Source: a virus (Duplodnaviria > Caudoviricetes). From it: DNA of 64,000 nt. The translations under genes were made by a program, and so were the position numbers. Shown in pieces: positions 8,556 to 19,372 of the stretch. The stretch lies in the IMG/VR virus record IMGVR_UViG_3300028886_000042. One strand, 5' to 3'. Each line of letters begins with the position of its first letter. Positions within the stretch are counted from its first letter, which is position 1. Under the pieces are notes generated by a model. It was not told where the DNA came from, did not search any database, and was given only the letters and a program-made list of their open reading frames with translations.

Positions 8556-11500
8556 TGGCAGATAATTGTAAATCTTACAGAATAAGGACGAATGTGGGTC
8601 AGGACACACCTAACGTCATTAACGTAAAACTTGACCAGACATATGATGAATTTCAGATTCTGTCTCTTAAGATAGAAGAGGAAAATGCATATAAGTTATA
8701 CCAGTCCGAAAAGGGTGTTGTTGTAGGGCGTGTTTTGGCTAACGGCGGTGTAGGTGTATCAAATGCAAAGGTATCTGTATTCATAAAGTCCGAGGACGGA
8801 ATGGACATAAAGGATATGATATTATATCCCTATAAGTCTGTAACTGATACGAACGATGACAGTGTAAGATATAATCTTCTGCCTGATTTCATAGATGAGA
8901 CATGTCATCAGATTGTCGGTACGTTTCCGAACAAGAGGCTTGTTCTTGACAATGAGGATGTGATAGAGATTTTCGATAAATACTGGAAATATACAACCGT
9001 AACAAACAGCAGCGGTGACTATATGCTGTACGGTATTCCGGTTGGTGAGCAGACCATGCACATGGATGTAGACCTGTCGGATATCGGTTTTCTGTCACAG
9101 AAACCCAGGGATTTGGTCTATAAAGGCTATAATATTAATCTTTTCGAGAATCCGAACAAATTCAAGCAGGACACGAACCTCAACAGCCTTGCACAGATAA
9201 AGTCACAGGACAAGAGTGTATATGTATATCCTTTTTGGGGTGATACAAGTACGGACAACTCAAATGACATAGCAGTTACACGCTGTGATTTTCAGATTGA
9301 CTACAAGTTTGAGCCTACCTGTATTTTCATGGGAAGTATTATTACCGATACAGGTTCAAACGCAATCGGAAAGAACTGTTCGAGTACCGACAACGCAGGT
9401 AAGATGTCGGATTTGGTTTCGGGTGAAGGCTCAATCGAAATGATACGTAAGACGATTGACAACAAGGTAGAGGAATTTCAGGTAAAGGGAAACCGTGTAA
9501 TTGACGGTGACGGTGTATGGTGCTATCAGATACCCATGAATCTTGACTATGTCATGACGGATGAGTTCGGAAACCTTGTACCTACTGACAATCCTGACAA
9601 AGGTATTCCTACAAGGACGAGAGTAAGATTCAGAATATCATTGTCTGATAATCCTGCTGACAGTGCAGCGAGGAAAAGATGTAAGTATTTAGTACCTAAC
9701 AATCCGAGATTCGATGAGAAACTTTATCCTGAGTTCACAGCAGATAAGATGCACGAACCTGATTATGAATTCGGTACGAATACGAGGGAGGAAAGCTACT
9801 GTGACCTGTTTTGGAATAAGGTGTATACTGTCAAGAACTATATTCCGAGGTTACAGAAGAACAACAGGATAACAAACAGAAAGCATACCGGAATTAAGCT
9901 GATTAACCATTACGGTAGCAACAATCCCATGCCGTACAACAATCTTAGTGTTAAACTGTCATTCCTTTACAGATTCATTTGTGTACTTGTGACGATTTTC
10001 ATCATGCTTGTCGGCTTCCTGAACAATATCATTTCGATATTAGGTGCAATACCGTGCCAGATAGCAAGATTCTTCAGAGCGATTGCAAGTATTTTCATAT
10101 GGCCTATCAAATTCCTTGGTTATCCGTTCAAGGCTGCTGCTGCCGTGTTTGACCTGTTAACACCTCCATGTATAGCAATTTCTTCAGAATTCTGTTCTGA
10201 GGACGTTACGCATCCTTATACATTCTATCCCGGATGCGGAATGAAGGGTTTGGCTTATGTACTTGGCCCTCTGGCTGAATGTGTATGGGACAAAACACGT
10301 GACAACCACTTTGAAGATATGGAGAGTGTTCCGCAAGAAGACAGAACCTATCCTACGAACAATGAGGGTGAACTTTACAACTGTGTAGAGTCACAGCTTG
10401 CAAACGACAATGACGTAACTTCGTTCAATTTCCACAACGACTGGATAAACGGTACACTTTATGCACCCATGTGGTTCAGAAAGGTAGAGGCAAAGAAAAC
10501 ATATTTCTTCGGTCTGGTAAAGCGTAAGTCAAAGGATGAGTGGTGTTCTGTTGACCATCCGTATAACGGTTTGCTAAGGCTGTTCCAACCGTGTAGTGTG
10601 AAACGTAATGCATCCAAATCCTATACTTCGCACGAAGGTAATACACAGACGGCATACTACATGGGCAGTAATCCTGAGTGTGACAGGGACTGCCATGATA
10701 CAAAAACTACGGTAGGGCTTAACAACGGACTTATAAAGTCAAAGGACAGTATGTTAGGTCAGACGATTTACTATTACAGACCGTTTGAAATCGAGAAGGG
10801 TAATAACAACCTCATGACAGACGGTGTTGACGGTACGTTAAAACTGTTATTTGCAACGGATATTGTTTTACTGGGAAGTCTGAATGACTGTGATTTGAAC
10901 GGTGTTCCACAGTTCTTCAAGCATCTTGAGTCCTCAACATTCAAACTGCCTACAAATATGCTGTTTGCTGATAATAACATGATTCAGAAGTTCAATGAGG
11001 ACGGTACATTGTCTACTGAATACGACCTTGTCAGCAAGAGTGAAATGACGGGTAATGACTGGGGTAACAGTAATGCCGATATGTGCGGCGAGCCTGATAC
11101 AGGTCTGTTTTACAGTGTAGGATGTTCTACGATTGAAATGAGACCTAAGTCGTGTATAAATCTTCAAAGAATATGTGAATTCGGTGTATCGTTGGATGAA
11201 TCAAAGGAAATACCGACTAATATAGCTTATGTGGAAAGCGGCGGTGACAGTGTATTCGAGACTTTAAGGCCGGACGGTTATATTTCAAAGGATGAACTTT
11301 ATAATATAGATGAACGCAGTATGTTCGCTACGATGAACGGTAACGAACTGCAAACAAAGGTGAATATTGAAAACGGTTTGAAGGAGTATGATTTCCGTCA
11401 CCTATATGTTGACAATTTCGACAATTCACTGTATGATTCAATGAGAATGAGGCAGAAGCGATGTGGTGATTATTCATACCGTAATAACTTCAACCTTGAA

Positions 11501-14500
11501 GAGTTCAGTCCCGGTTATTATGATTTCAGAATGGGTAAGAAACCGTTCTATTATGACGGTGCCAGAAAATTTCCGCGTTATGAGAATTCATTCTATTTCT
11601 ATTTCGGATTAACAGTCGGAAAAACAGCGATAGACAAGTTCAACAACCTCTTTTTCGCTGAGTGTTACAACCCACAAGAAGCCGTAAGTCCCATCGCCAT
11701 TGAGACATTAGGCAACACGTGGTGTTCCGAGGCAGATATCACGGATATATATAATGAGAAGAATGACGGCTATGTTAAAATAGACCTGTCAAACATTGAA
11801 CGTCCGTGTGATATCATAATACAGGACAAGAACAGCAAATTTCAGATTAATTTCGATAATGTAATAAACGAGAAGATTATACTCTCAAACAAGGACAGTG
11901 AAGGGTGGACGAGAAAATGCATACAGTCAAAGGATGAGCATGACATTCTCAGAAGCATGTGTGCCTTGGACAACGGAAACTACACAATGACCGTAACTGA
12001 CAGCAGCGGTGAGATTACCGTTGCGGACTTTGATTTGATGTCACCCTATCTTAAATTCGAATATATAAGCACACCGTTCAAGTTCCCGTATAATGTGCTT
12101 GTTACAAGATACGAGGGTGAATTAACAGAGGAACAGTACCTTAAGAAGATAGCCGAAGACAAGGACGGTGTCGATTCGACTGAAAAAACACTGAATACGA
12201 GAACAATCGGTGGTACTATTACTTTGGAAAATGTCGTTGACAGTCTTGAAAACACGGCTTTGGAGTCATATAACATCAATATCACATCAAGCAGTAAGAT
12301 ACCACACTGGTTCAACGGCCTAAACAGCAGTACAGGTTCAAGTGAAACAGAGGAAACAGGTGAAAACTTCATTCTGGACATTGAGGTAAGATATGATTCG
12401 GAAACTAAAACCTGGGCTGTGGATAACCCGTCCGATTATTGGCTGAATGCCGAAAACTACACTGAATCAGGCGGAAGAAGGATAAGCGGTACACAGTTCA
12501 AGTTCATAATCGGCGTACCGAAGGGTGATGAGAGATATAAGGTAACGGTTACACAGTATTGTCCTGTTGAAAACGGACAGGGTACGGTTGAGTTTTACAA
12601 AACGAACAATACTTACACGGAAACTGTATTTGTCAGTGATGTTGTTCCCTACAAACTGTATATAAACGATATAATCGATTATGAGGTTATCAGTCACTGG
12701 GGTTCCGGTTACAAGTTGGAGAATATAAAGGACAAAACGGGTACTGTAACAAAGATAAAACTTGTCAGCAATAACACACCGTCCTCATTTGACAGAAATT
12801 CATTCAGTGATAACTGGCTTAACATATCTGATTTTGACGGTAAGAACGGTGATACTTACAGGTACAAATGGGATAAACTGGTATCATATCAGAAAGCACT
12901 GAAATCATTAAACAACGGATTAAAGGAGGGTTTATATTCCGGTATCTATGATGATTTCACTTATAAGATTAAGACATTAGGTGAAATACAACAGATTAAT
13001 CCGAGAGTTACGGATGCTATATATAATATGTTTGCAAAGGAAGTGCTGCCTGATACATATGAAGGTTTCGAGGAGGCAGTACCTGATGCAGATACATTAT
13101 ATAAGGAGTATTATAATGCCGGAACATATCAGATTAAGACATTACCCCAAATACAGCAGATTAATTCATCTGTAACACAGGAGATATATAACACATTCCC
13201 TGCTACGGTTTCAGCAGAAGAATACAATAGTTTGGATAATATACCTGATGCTAATGTCATATACAAAGCATATTATAATGAGAGTCATGTGGACAAGTAT
13301 TATGAATACAAGGTAATAGAGACTTACAGCATATTCCATGAAGCTGTCTATGATGAAGCAGGAAATGAAATAGAACCTGCATATTACGAGACTAAAGTCG
13401 TAAATGAAGATGGTTTTACATGCAAAGGTTTCCCTCTACGTGATGTTGAAGGCTTCAAGCGTTATATATACAGAATGGATGAAATGGCAGATACGTTACT
13501 TAAGACAAAAAGGTTAAGTGACGGTAATACATGTGTATTCATTGAAGGCATACTGACAAATGACATACTTAACGACCATATTTCATTCATAAGTGAAACT
13601 GACAGTAACAGGGATTCTATTATAGATTTCCTTTATAAGATTAAGAATGCACTGGCTAATGACGAGAATATTGAGGCAAGGGACATTGCAGATACATGTG
13701 ACACAGTAATCGAGGCTTGTGAACGTATTCTTGAAATAAAGGCAGAATTCATTTCGGAAATGAAGAATGCATTTTGGAAAACCTGTCCTGATGAAGAGAA
13801 GAGAGTCAAGTTCAAGGCAGTTACGGAAGATATGCCGGTTGCATTCTATATAGCACATCGTTCTGAAAAGAGTGTTGAGGAAGGTAGTGGAAATACCCTT
13901 GAATACGGTGATGCCAGAACACTTACCTATTCATTCAATCTTGAACGTGACATTGACAATATAACAATACCGTCAATCAGTTATACATCAAGTAAGAACT
14001 ACGGTGCTTATAGAGACAGAGAAGACAGCTACATGGTTGACACCGTCAATTATCCGAATGTCTGTCTGGCACTTGATAACAGTTCACCGTTCCGCGACAA
14101 GCAGAAATATGCATTCTTTGTAGGTGTAATAAATTCATCTGAACAGAGGGTGAACAAACTAAATAAGGAAGAACCGATACCGTTCGGTGATACAGTACCG
14201 GTTGGTATTAAGAATAATGCTGCAAATTCAAATACAAGCAGACTTTTCGGATTCCATGTCATTGACAAGGTAATGGAACTGAAACTTATAAGTTGGGCTG
14301 CATTCAACGGAATACCCTACTATAATCCGAGGAATACGGTAAATGATAAATATGTCACTGACATTGACAAGGTAGGAAGGACAGTTGACATGTGCGGTCT
14401 GCTGTCAGGTAAGATATACAACGGAGTGATAAGTTCTATTGTATACGGTGAAAATAGTCGTAATATAGGCAGTACATTCTTCGAGTCACAGAATGTAGGA

Positions 14501-16324
14501 AGATTCGATATGGAGATAGCAACTCCTATGACTTATAAATCCAGGACTTCTTCCTCAGCAGAACTGGTTGACATAAACAATACCGAGGATTCACTGCCGA
14601 CTTACAGATTCATTTCGGGTTCTACTAATGCTGATAAATCGTATTATTCATGGGATAACTATTACACTGACGAAAATAATGTATTCTCAGATACAAAATC
14701 AGCAGGCGGTAAAACGAGACAATACATACCGCTTCTACCGGCAACAGTATCACTGAACATTACTGATACGAGTTTCTGTAATATGACAAAGGAAATATAC
14801 GGAGGTATGTCTGTTGTATTACGTGACAATAGCGTGAATAACTGTGACCATAAGGATAAAAGTATCTTAAGTGTTACTATTTCAGGCGGGCCTACTGAAG
14901 GTGTTGTATATTTCGGTTATCATGCATATAGTTCAAATGAAGATGGTAAATATTTAGATATTAATCTTATATGCCGACAGAAGGCAGGTGTTGACACTCT
15001 GAACTATCCGTTGAACTTCGTACCGATAAAGGGGTTTGATGAAGAAGGAAAAGAAAATGCATTCAATGTACTTGACATAGGTGAACTTCGGAATAAATAC
15101 GATGAAGGTACATTTATGAACTGCAATCTTGACGGATGGAGGCTGTTTGATACAAACATAAACATATGGAATATGCTGTTTGCAACAACGAGCTATATTA
15201 AGAGTACGTGCCGTAACGACAATAATGAAGAAATAACCAGATGTGAATATTTCGGTTTAGACTGTACTTTGGGTAGCGGAGATGAACGTATTAGGAATAT
15301 GATAGAAGACCAGCTGCATGAACTTGCAATAGGTACTACCGGATATTTCAACAAATGGGAAAATGAATGGTCAGGTGAATATTATATAGTTGCCATGACC
15401 AAGGACGGAAGCTATGCCGTTTCACCTGTATATTCATTCAACAATGTTGTCACAACAGCTGAATGCGGTATTTTACGAACCAAGGAATACGTTACTGAAA
15501 CAGTAAAAGACACTGTAACGGGTATAGAAACAAATATTTCATACTGGAAGGAAATATTGACTCGCACGGCAGTTGTGTTTGTACTTAATACTGTGTATGA
15601 TAACGGTAATCCCGATTTCAATTCTACGGATAATTGCAGACCGCTTTATTACCTTGATTACTTTGACTATGAAATGGAGGTAACATGTAAGTTGGATTCA
15701 GGAACGATAAACCAAAGCGGTACTGTTTCACCTCAGAAGAGGGTAGTACATAAGGGTTCGGAACCTGATTCAGACAGGGAGATACAGACAATGAAAGTGT
15801 TTAACGGAATATGGTTTGAGCTTAATGATACGGAATACGGTGCATTTACAAGAGAGGCAAAGGGTGAAGACCTTGATGACATACTTAAGGTAAAGGTAAG
15901 GGATGTAACCGGATTACTTCATGAAACACATGTATGGGGTGGTGGAACCCTTTCGGAGGGTGCTGTAATACCTATAGTCACGACTAATGTAGGGCATGAA
16001 TGGTATAATGTGACATGTTCACTTGAGGGGGGTTACTGGCCAAACTATAAAGATACGACTGATAACAGTGATACGGAAGCAAGGTCGGTTAATGTCGAGC
16101 CGATTCCGAGACAAGGGAAAACCGCATTTACTTTATTCGAACTGTTCGGTGATGAACCAAAGAGAGACCCCGTAAAGGCCAACAACAGAACCACGATATA
16201 CCGTTTCGAAGGGTGGAAGGAAGTAGAAAACGAAGATGCTATTGTTAATCACAGAAGAGACGCTGTGAATATTGACAGGGCAAAGATATTTAAAGCTGTA
16301 TGGAGCGAGCAAATACAAGATTAA
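8555..16324 (+). CDS. giant baseplate/tail-associated structural protein (2589 aa)
   Basis: Lies in the baseplate module; N-terminal beta-sandwich-like motifs (VVGRV...NAKVSVF, TVTNSSGDY.LYGIPVG), internal hydrophobic segment, many Cys. Confidence 0.7.
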   Translation: MADNCKSYRIRTNVGQDTPNVINVKLDQTYDEFQILSLKIEEENAYKLYQSEKGVVVGRVLANGGVGVSNAKVSVFIKSEDGMDIKDMILYPYKSVTDTNDDSVRYNLLPDFIDETCHQIVGTFPNKRLVLDNEDVIEIFDKYWKYTTVTNSSGDYMLYGIPVGEQTMHMDVDLSDIGFLSQKPRDLVYKGYNINLFENPNKFKQDTNLNSLAQIKSQDKSVYVYPFWGDTSTDNSNDIAVTRCDFQIDYKFEPTCIFMGSIITDTGSNAIGKNCSSTDNAGKMSDLVSGEGSIEMIRKTIDNKVEEFQVKGNRVIDGDGVWCYQIPMNLDYVMTDEFGNLVPTDNPDKGIPTRTRVRFRISLSDNPADSAARKRCKYLVPNNPRFDEKLYPEFTADKMHEPDYEFGTNTREESYCDLFWNKVYTVKNYIPRLQKNNRITNRKHTGIKLINHYGSNNPMPYNNLSVKLSFLYRFICVLVTIFIMLVGFLNNIISILGAIPCQIARFFRAIASIFIWPIKFLGYPFKAAAAVFDLLTPPCIAISSEFCSEDVTHPYTFYPGCGMKGLAYVLGPLAECVWDKTRDNHFEDMESVPQEDRTYPTNNEGELYNCVESQLANDNDVTSFNFHNDWINGTLYAPMWFRKVEAKKTYFFGLVKRKSKDEWCSVDHPYNGLLRLFQPCSVKRNASKSYTSHEGNTQTAYYMGSNPECDRDCHDTKTTVGLNNGLIKSKDSMLGQTIYYYRPFEIEKGNNNLMTDGVDGTLKLLFATDIVLLGSLNDCDLNGVPQFFKHLESSTFKLPTNMLFADNNMIQKFNEDGTLSTEYDLVSKSEMTGNDWGNSNADMCGEPDTGLFYSVGCSTIEMRPKSCINLQRICEFGVSLDESKEIPTNIAYVESGGDSVFETLRPDGYISKDELYNIDERSMFATMNGNELQTKVNIENGLKEYDFRHLYVDNFDNSLYDSMRMRQKRCGDYSYRNNFNLEEFSPGYYDFRMGKKPFYYDGARKFPRYENSFYFYFGLTVGKTAIDKFNNLFFAECYNPQEAVSPIAIETLGNTWCSEADITDIYNEKNDGYVKIDLSNIERPCDIIIQDKNSKFQINFDNVINEKIILSNKDSEGWTRKCIQSKDEHDILRSMCALDNGNYTMTVTDSSGEITVADFDLMSPYLKFEYISTPFKFPYNVLVTRYEGELTEEQYLKKIAEDKDGVDSTEKTLNTRTIGGTITLENVVDSLENTALESYNINITSSSKIPHWFNGLNSSTGSSETEETGENFILDIEVRYDSETKTWAVDNPSDYWLNAENYTESGGRRISGTQFKFIIGVPKGDERYKVTVTQYCPVENGQGTVEFYKTNNTYTETVFVSDVVPYKLYINDIIDYEVISHWGSGYKLENIKDKTGTVTKIKLVSNNTPSSFDRNSFSDNWLNISDFDGKNGDTYRYKWDKLVSYQKALKSLNNGLKEGLYSGIYDDFTYKIKTLGEIQQINPRVTDAIYNMFAKEVLPDTYEGFEEAVPDADTLYKEYYNAGTYQIKTLPQIQQINSSVTQEIYNTFPATVSAEEYNSLDNIPDANVIYKAYYNESHVDKYYEYKVIETYSIFHEAVYDEAGNEIEPAYYETKVVNEDGFTCKGFPLRDVEGFKRYIYRMDEMADTLLKTKRLSDGNTCVFIEGILTNDILNDHISFISETDSNRDSIIDFLYKIKNALANDENIEARDIADTCDTVIEACERILEIKAEFISEMKNAFWKTCPDEEKRVKFKAVTEDMPVAFYIAHRSEKSVEEGSGNTLEYGDARTLTYSFNLERDIDNITIPSISYTSSKNYGAYRDREDSYMVDTVNYPNVCLALDNSSPFRDKQKYAFFVGVINSSEQRVNKLNKEEPIPFGDTVPVGIKNNAANSNTSRLFGFHVIDKVMELKLISWAAFNGIPYYNPRNTVNDKYVTDIDKVGRTVDMCGLLSGKIYNGVISSIVYGENSRNIGSTFFESQNVGRFDMEIATPMTYKSRTSSSAELVDINNTEDSLPTYRFISGSTNADKSYYSWDNYYTDENNVFSDTKSAGGKTRQYIPLLPATVSLNITDTSFCNMTKEIYGGMSVVLRDNSVNNCDHKDKSILSVTISGGPTEGVVYFGYHAYSSNEDGKYLDINLICRQKAGVDTLNYPLNFVPIKGFDEEGKENAFNVLDIGELRNKYDEGTFMNCNLDGWRLFDTNINIWNMLFATTSYIKSTCRNDNNEEITRCEYFGLDCTLGSGDERIRNMIEDQLHELAIGTTGYFNKWENEWSGEYYIVAMTKDGSYAVSPVYSFNNVVTTAECGILRTKEYVTETVKDTVTGIETNISYWKEILTRTAVVFVLNTVYDNGNPDFNSTDNCRPLYYLDYFDYEMEVTCKLDSGTINQSGTVSPQKRVVHKGSEPDSDREIQTMKVFNGIWFELNDTEYGAFTREAKGEDLDDILKVKVRDVTGLLHETHVWGGGTLSEGAVIPIVTTNVGHEWYNVTCSLEGGYWPNYKDTTDNSDTEARSVNVEPIPRQGKTAFTLFELFGDEPKRDPVKANNRTTIYRFEGWKEVENEDAIVNHRRDAVNIDRAKIFKAVWSEQIQD

Positions 16325-16336
16325 ACAGGAACGTAC

Positions 16337-19300
16337 ATGGACAGCACAAAGATAAGATTAGGCAGGACAGATTCAGTCAATTCAACTGACAGAGCGAATT
16401 ACTTGGATGTGGAGTTAAGGAACACATCCAAGATGATTCATTTTACTGACATAAAAACAACAGTAGACAAACTCGAACAGTTCAAGAAGGAGCGTAACAG
16501 CGGTACAAAATACCGTCTGATAACAACAATAAACCCATACTGTAGTAATGTACTGTTCAATCCGTTTACTGAAATGGTTTATGCTGAGGGTTCAGTCCCA
16601 TATAAGGACGGAACAACAGATTTCAAGGGTTGTGACGGTGTTGTGGACGGTGAATCATTCTTTGACGGTAAGGAATCTGGAAGCGGCAGGACAGATAAGC
16701 CTTCAATGATTATAAAGAAGTCTGTCTATAGCGACAATGAGAAGCCTAACCGTATAGAAATGATAATGAATACTGAATATTCACGTCCCGGTTGTGCTTA
16801 TGACAGTTATGACATAAACGGTAATGTGATTACGGGTGAAAATTATGTATATCATCCGGGATATGACATTTTCGACAATCACATACTGAGAAACAATTCA
16901 TTCAAGATTGTCAATTTCTCAAAGGCAAAACTGTCAGCAAACGAGAAATCGCTGTTCAACACTATAGCCGATAAAATGCGCTATGCTGACGGAAAAATAG
17001 TACAGTACAGAAGAAGAGAGGAATTCAGTGATGACGGAAACGGTGAGAGTCAGGTTTCAAAGGGTAGGGACAAGCATCTGTACAACCACGGTGACATAAC
17101 GGAATTCGGAAACGGCGATGCCATAAATGCTGCATTATATGAAGAGGACGGTTGGTACGGTTTTATAAACAGGTCAACAATACAGTCTAATTCATTCAGG
17201 CAAATCGGTGCTAATGTCAAACCGACAGTACTTAACATAGGCTATGTGATGAATGACAGGAAACCTTGTGAATTTGTCGATATGTACCCTGACAGGACTC
17301 TATATTCATTCAACCCCAAATACAACAGATATCAGCATAGGGAGGAATACAACTGGGAGGTTATACTTACCTACCCTTACAGACATACCAACGATTATCT
17401 GGTTGTAGAGCCTATTAATGTTATTACAGGTACTAGGAAGGAAGGTGAAGAGACTGTTGAGATTACGGAAGAGAGAAGCGGCCTTATGATATTGTCGGCT
17501 GTCAAGACAACAGCACCTAACGGTGAAACGGTTGTTTTATTCAGGAGCCTTACAAAGCACGGACTTAAAGGAGGTGATACCATACGTTTCTATTATCGTA
17601 AGCGTAATACGGAAGGCAACTGGAAACAATACGAGAAGAATTTTGTAGTAAGAAACACAGGTGACTTGAAGAACAACGGAAAGGATTTCTATTTCTATAT
17701 TAATGATTTGGATTTCATACGACTGTTGAACGAAAACTATAATAATACGGATTCAGAACTTAATACTGATAATGTCGATGACAATGACTACCGTTTCAGC
17801 AGGGTTGTCGGAAACGTAACGTCAAAGTACTATATAAGGGTTTTCAGGAAACTCCCTAATTTCAAGTATGCAACAAGTAAATTTCCGGATGACGGAAGCA
17901 AGACCATTGAAGAATATATCGAGGAAAACTCGAAATATCCCGATGATTTCATTGACGAGGAAAAACGCGGAAAAACGGTGCTTTTCGACAAGGAACAGTA
18001 CAAGTTGGCATTTGAATCAACAATTTACAGTGATGCAAGTACACAGGTCACGTTTACTGATTCAATCAACATAGAAAACCTTAAGGATGACAGGGGTTTT
18101 CCGTTAACCGAACTTTATGTAACTGTTATCAAGACAAATTACGGTCATGAGAAATGGTACGGTATAACCGAAGAAGGATTGAATCCTGACAGGATAATAC
18201 GTAACGACAAGGATATAGAATTTTCCCACTGTTTCGGAAAGGTATCTGAGGGCTTGCAGTTCTCGCAGACGAATATAGACCTTAGTGATGAATACATAAG
18301 GGATATAAGGCAGTCATGCGGTGATATCTCGATGATATACAACAATTACAACTACAAATACAAGGAAGAGGGAACAGATAAGGTACGTGCTGAATATTCT
18401 TCACCTTACGGAACGGATATAACGGTTAATGATGATGAGTTCCTTGGTGATATTGTCGAATATAATCAGAACGAGTGTATTGAAAAGATAATACAACCGT
18501 TTATGCACCGTTTCAACACGGCACAGAGGGAATTGAACGATGAAAGGAAATTCAGATGGCGTGAACTGTACACTGATGACTTTGACAAGAATCCCGATAA
18601 TACGGATAATCTGATTAACGGTTTCGAAGTTGATGATAGCAAGTGTTCGTTCAGTGTAAAGGAAGAAGCAGCTGATACGGACATAATTTCACCTACAAGC
18701 CGTTCGGAAGGGTACTATTACCAGCCGCATTACAGGATAGCATTAAGGGAGTTCGGAACCATACTTCAAGACCAGAACAAGGATATTATACTATCTTCAA
18801 TTACACCTGTTCAGTCTAATTCAATTTATCTGAAACTGACAACCGTAAGGAGAAGCGGTGTCAACATAGGTGATATAGTATATATGTACAACCGTAAGAA
18901 TGATGACAGATACAGTTTTACCGTAACTTATATTGAAAGTCCTGTATCATTTTACATAATACCTTATATGGACAGTGACAATCCATGGCACGAACTGTTT
19001 GAAAAATGTAAGATGAACTGGTTGGATATATGCAATCTGTCATTACCGAAGGAAGAAGGTGAACAGTCACAGATTTTCTTCAGGATAAAGAACAATGAAA
19101 TTCCGGAATATGCCGAAAAAGTAGGAAGCAACAAATACCTTTGGAGGGAAGTTCTGAATCCCGGTGATGATAATACAGTAAATCTGCCGGAATATGCATA
19201 TTCAAACGGTACGTTCTATATAACAAATGAGATAAATTTCTTCATGAGAAGGCAAGACCCTCATGGATGGAACGGATTACTGTGCAAGGGAAGTTTCCCT

Positions 19301-19372
19301 AATGACATTTCCGGTAATATCAGCCGTGAATCTAATTATGTATACAAGGACGAAAGGGAAAAGGTATGCTAA
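16337..19372 (+). CDS. putative baseplate/tail structural protein (1011 aa)
   Basis: Tightly packed in the structural operon; no specific motif. Confidence 0.6.
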   Translation: MDSTKIRLGRTDSVNSTDRANYLDVELRNTSKMIHFTDIKTTVDKLEQFKKERNSGTKYRLITTINPYCSNVLFNPFTEMVYAEGSVPYKDGTTDFKGCDGVVDGESFFDGKESGSGRTDKPSMIIKKSVYSDNEKPNRIEMIMNTEYSRPGCAYDSYDINGNVITGENYVYHPGYDIFDNHILRNNSFKIVNFSKAKLSANEKSLFNTIADKMRYADGKIVQYRRREEFSDDGNGESQVSKGRDKHLYNHGDITEFGNGDAINAALYEEDGWYGFINRSTIQSNSFRQIGANVKPTVLNIGYVMNDRKPCEFVDMYPDRTLYSFNPKYNRYQHREEYNWEVILTYPYRHTNDYLVVEPINVITGTRKEGEETVEITEERSGLMILSAVKTTAPNGETVVLFRSLTKHGLKGGDTIRFYYRKRNTEGNWKQYEKNFVVRNTGDLKNNGKDFYFYINDLDFIRLLNENYNNTDSELNTDNVDDNDYRFSRVVGNVTSKYYIRVFRKLPNFKYATSKFPDDGSKTIEEYIEENSKYPDDFIDEEKRGKTVLFDKEQYKLAFESTIYSDASTQVTFTDSINIENLKDDRGFPLTELYVTVIKTNYGHEKWYGITEEGLNPDRIIRNDKDIEFSHCFGKVSEGLQFSQTNIDLSDEYIRDIRQSCGDISMIYNNYNYKYKEEGTDKVRAEYSSPYGTDITVNDDEFLGDIVEYNQNECIEKIIQPFMHRFNTAQRELNDERKFRWRELYTDDFDKNPDNTDNLINGFEVDDSKCSFSVKEEAADTDIISPTSRSEGYYYQPHYRIALREFGTILQDQNKDIILSSITPVQSNSIYLKLTTVRRSGVNIGDIVYMYNRKNDDRYSFTVTYIESPVSFYIIPYMDSDNPWHELFEKCKMNWLDICNLSLPKEEGEQSQIFFRIKNNEIPEYAEKVGSNKYLWREVLNPGDDNTVNLPEYAYSNGTFYITNEINFFMRRQDPHGWNGLLCKGSFPNDISGNISRESNYVYKDEREKVC

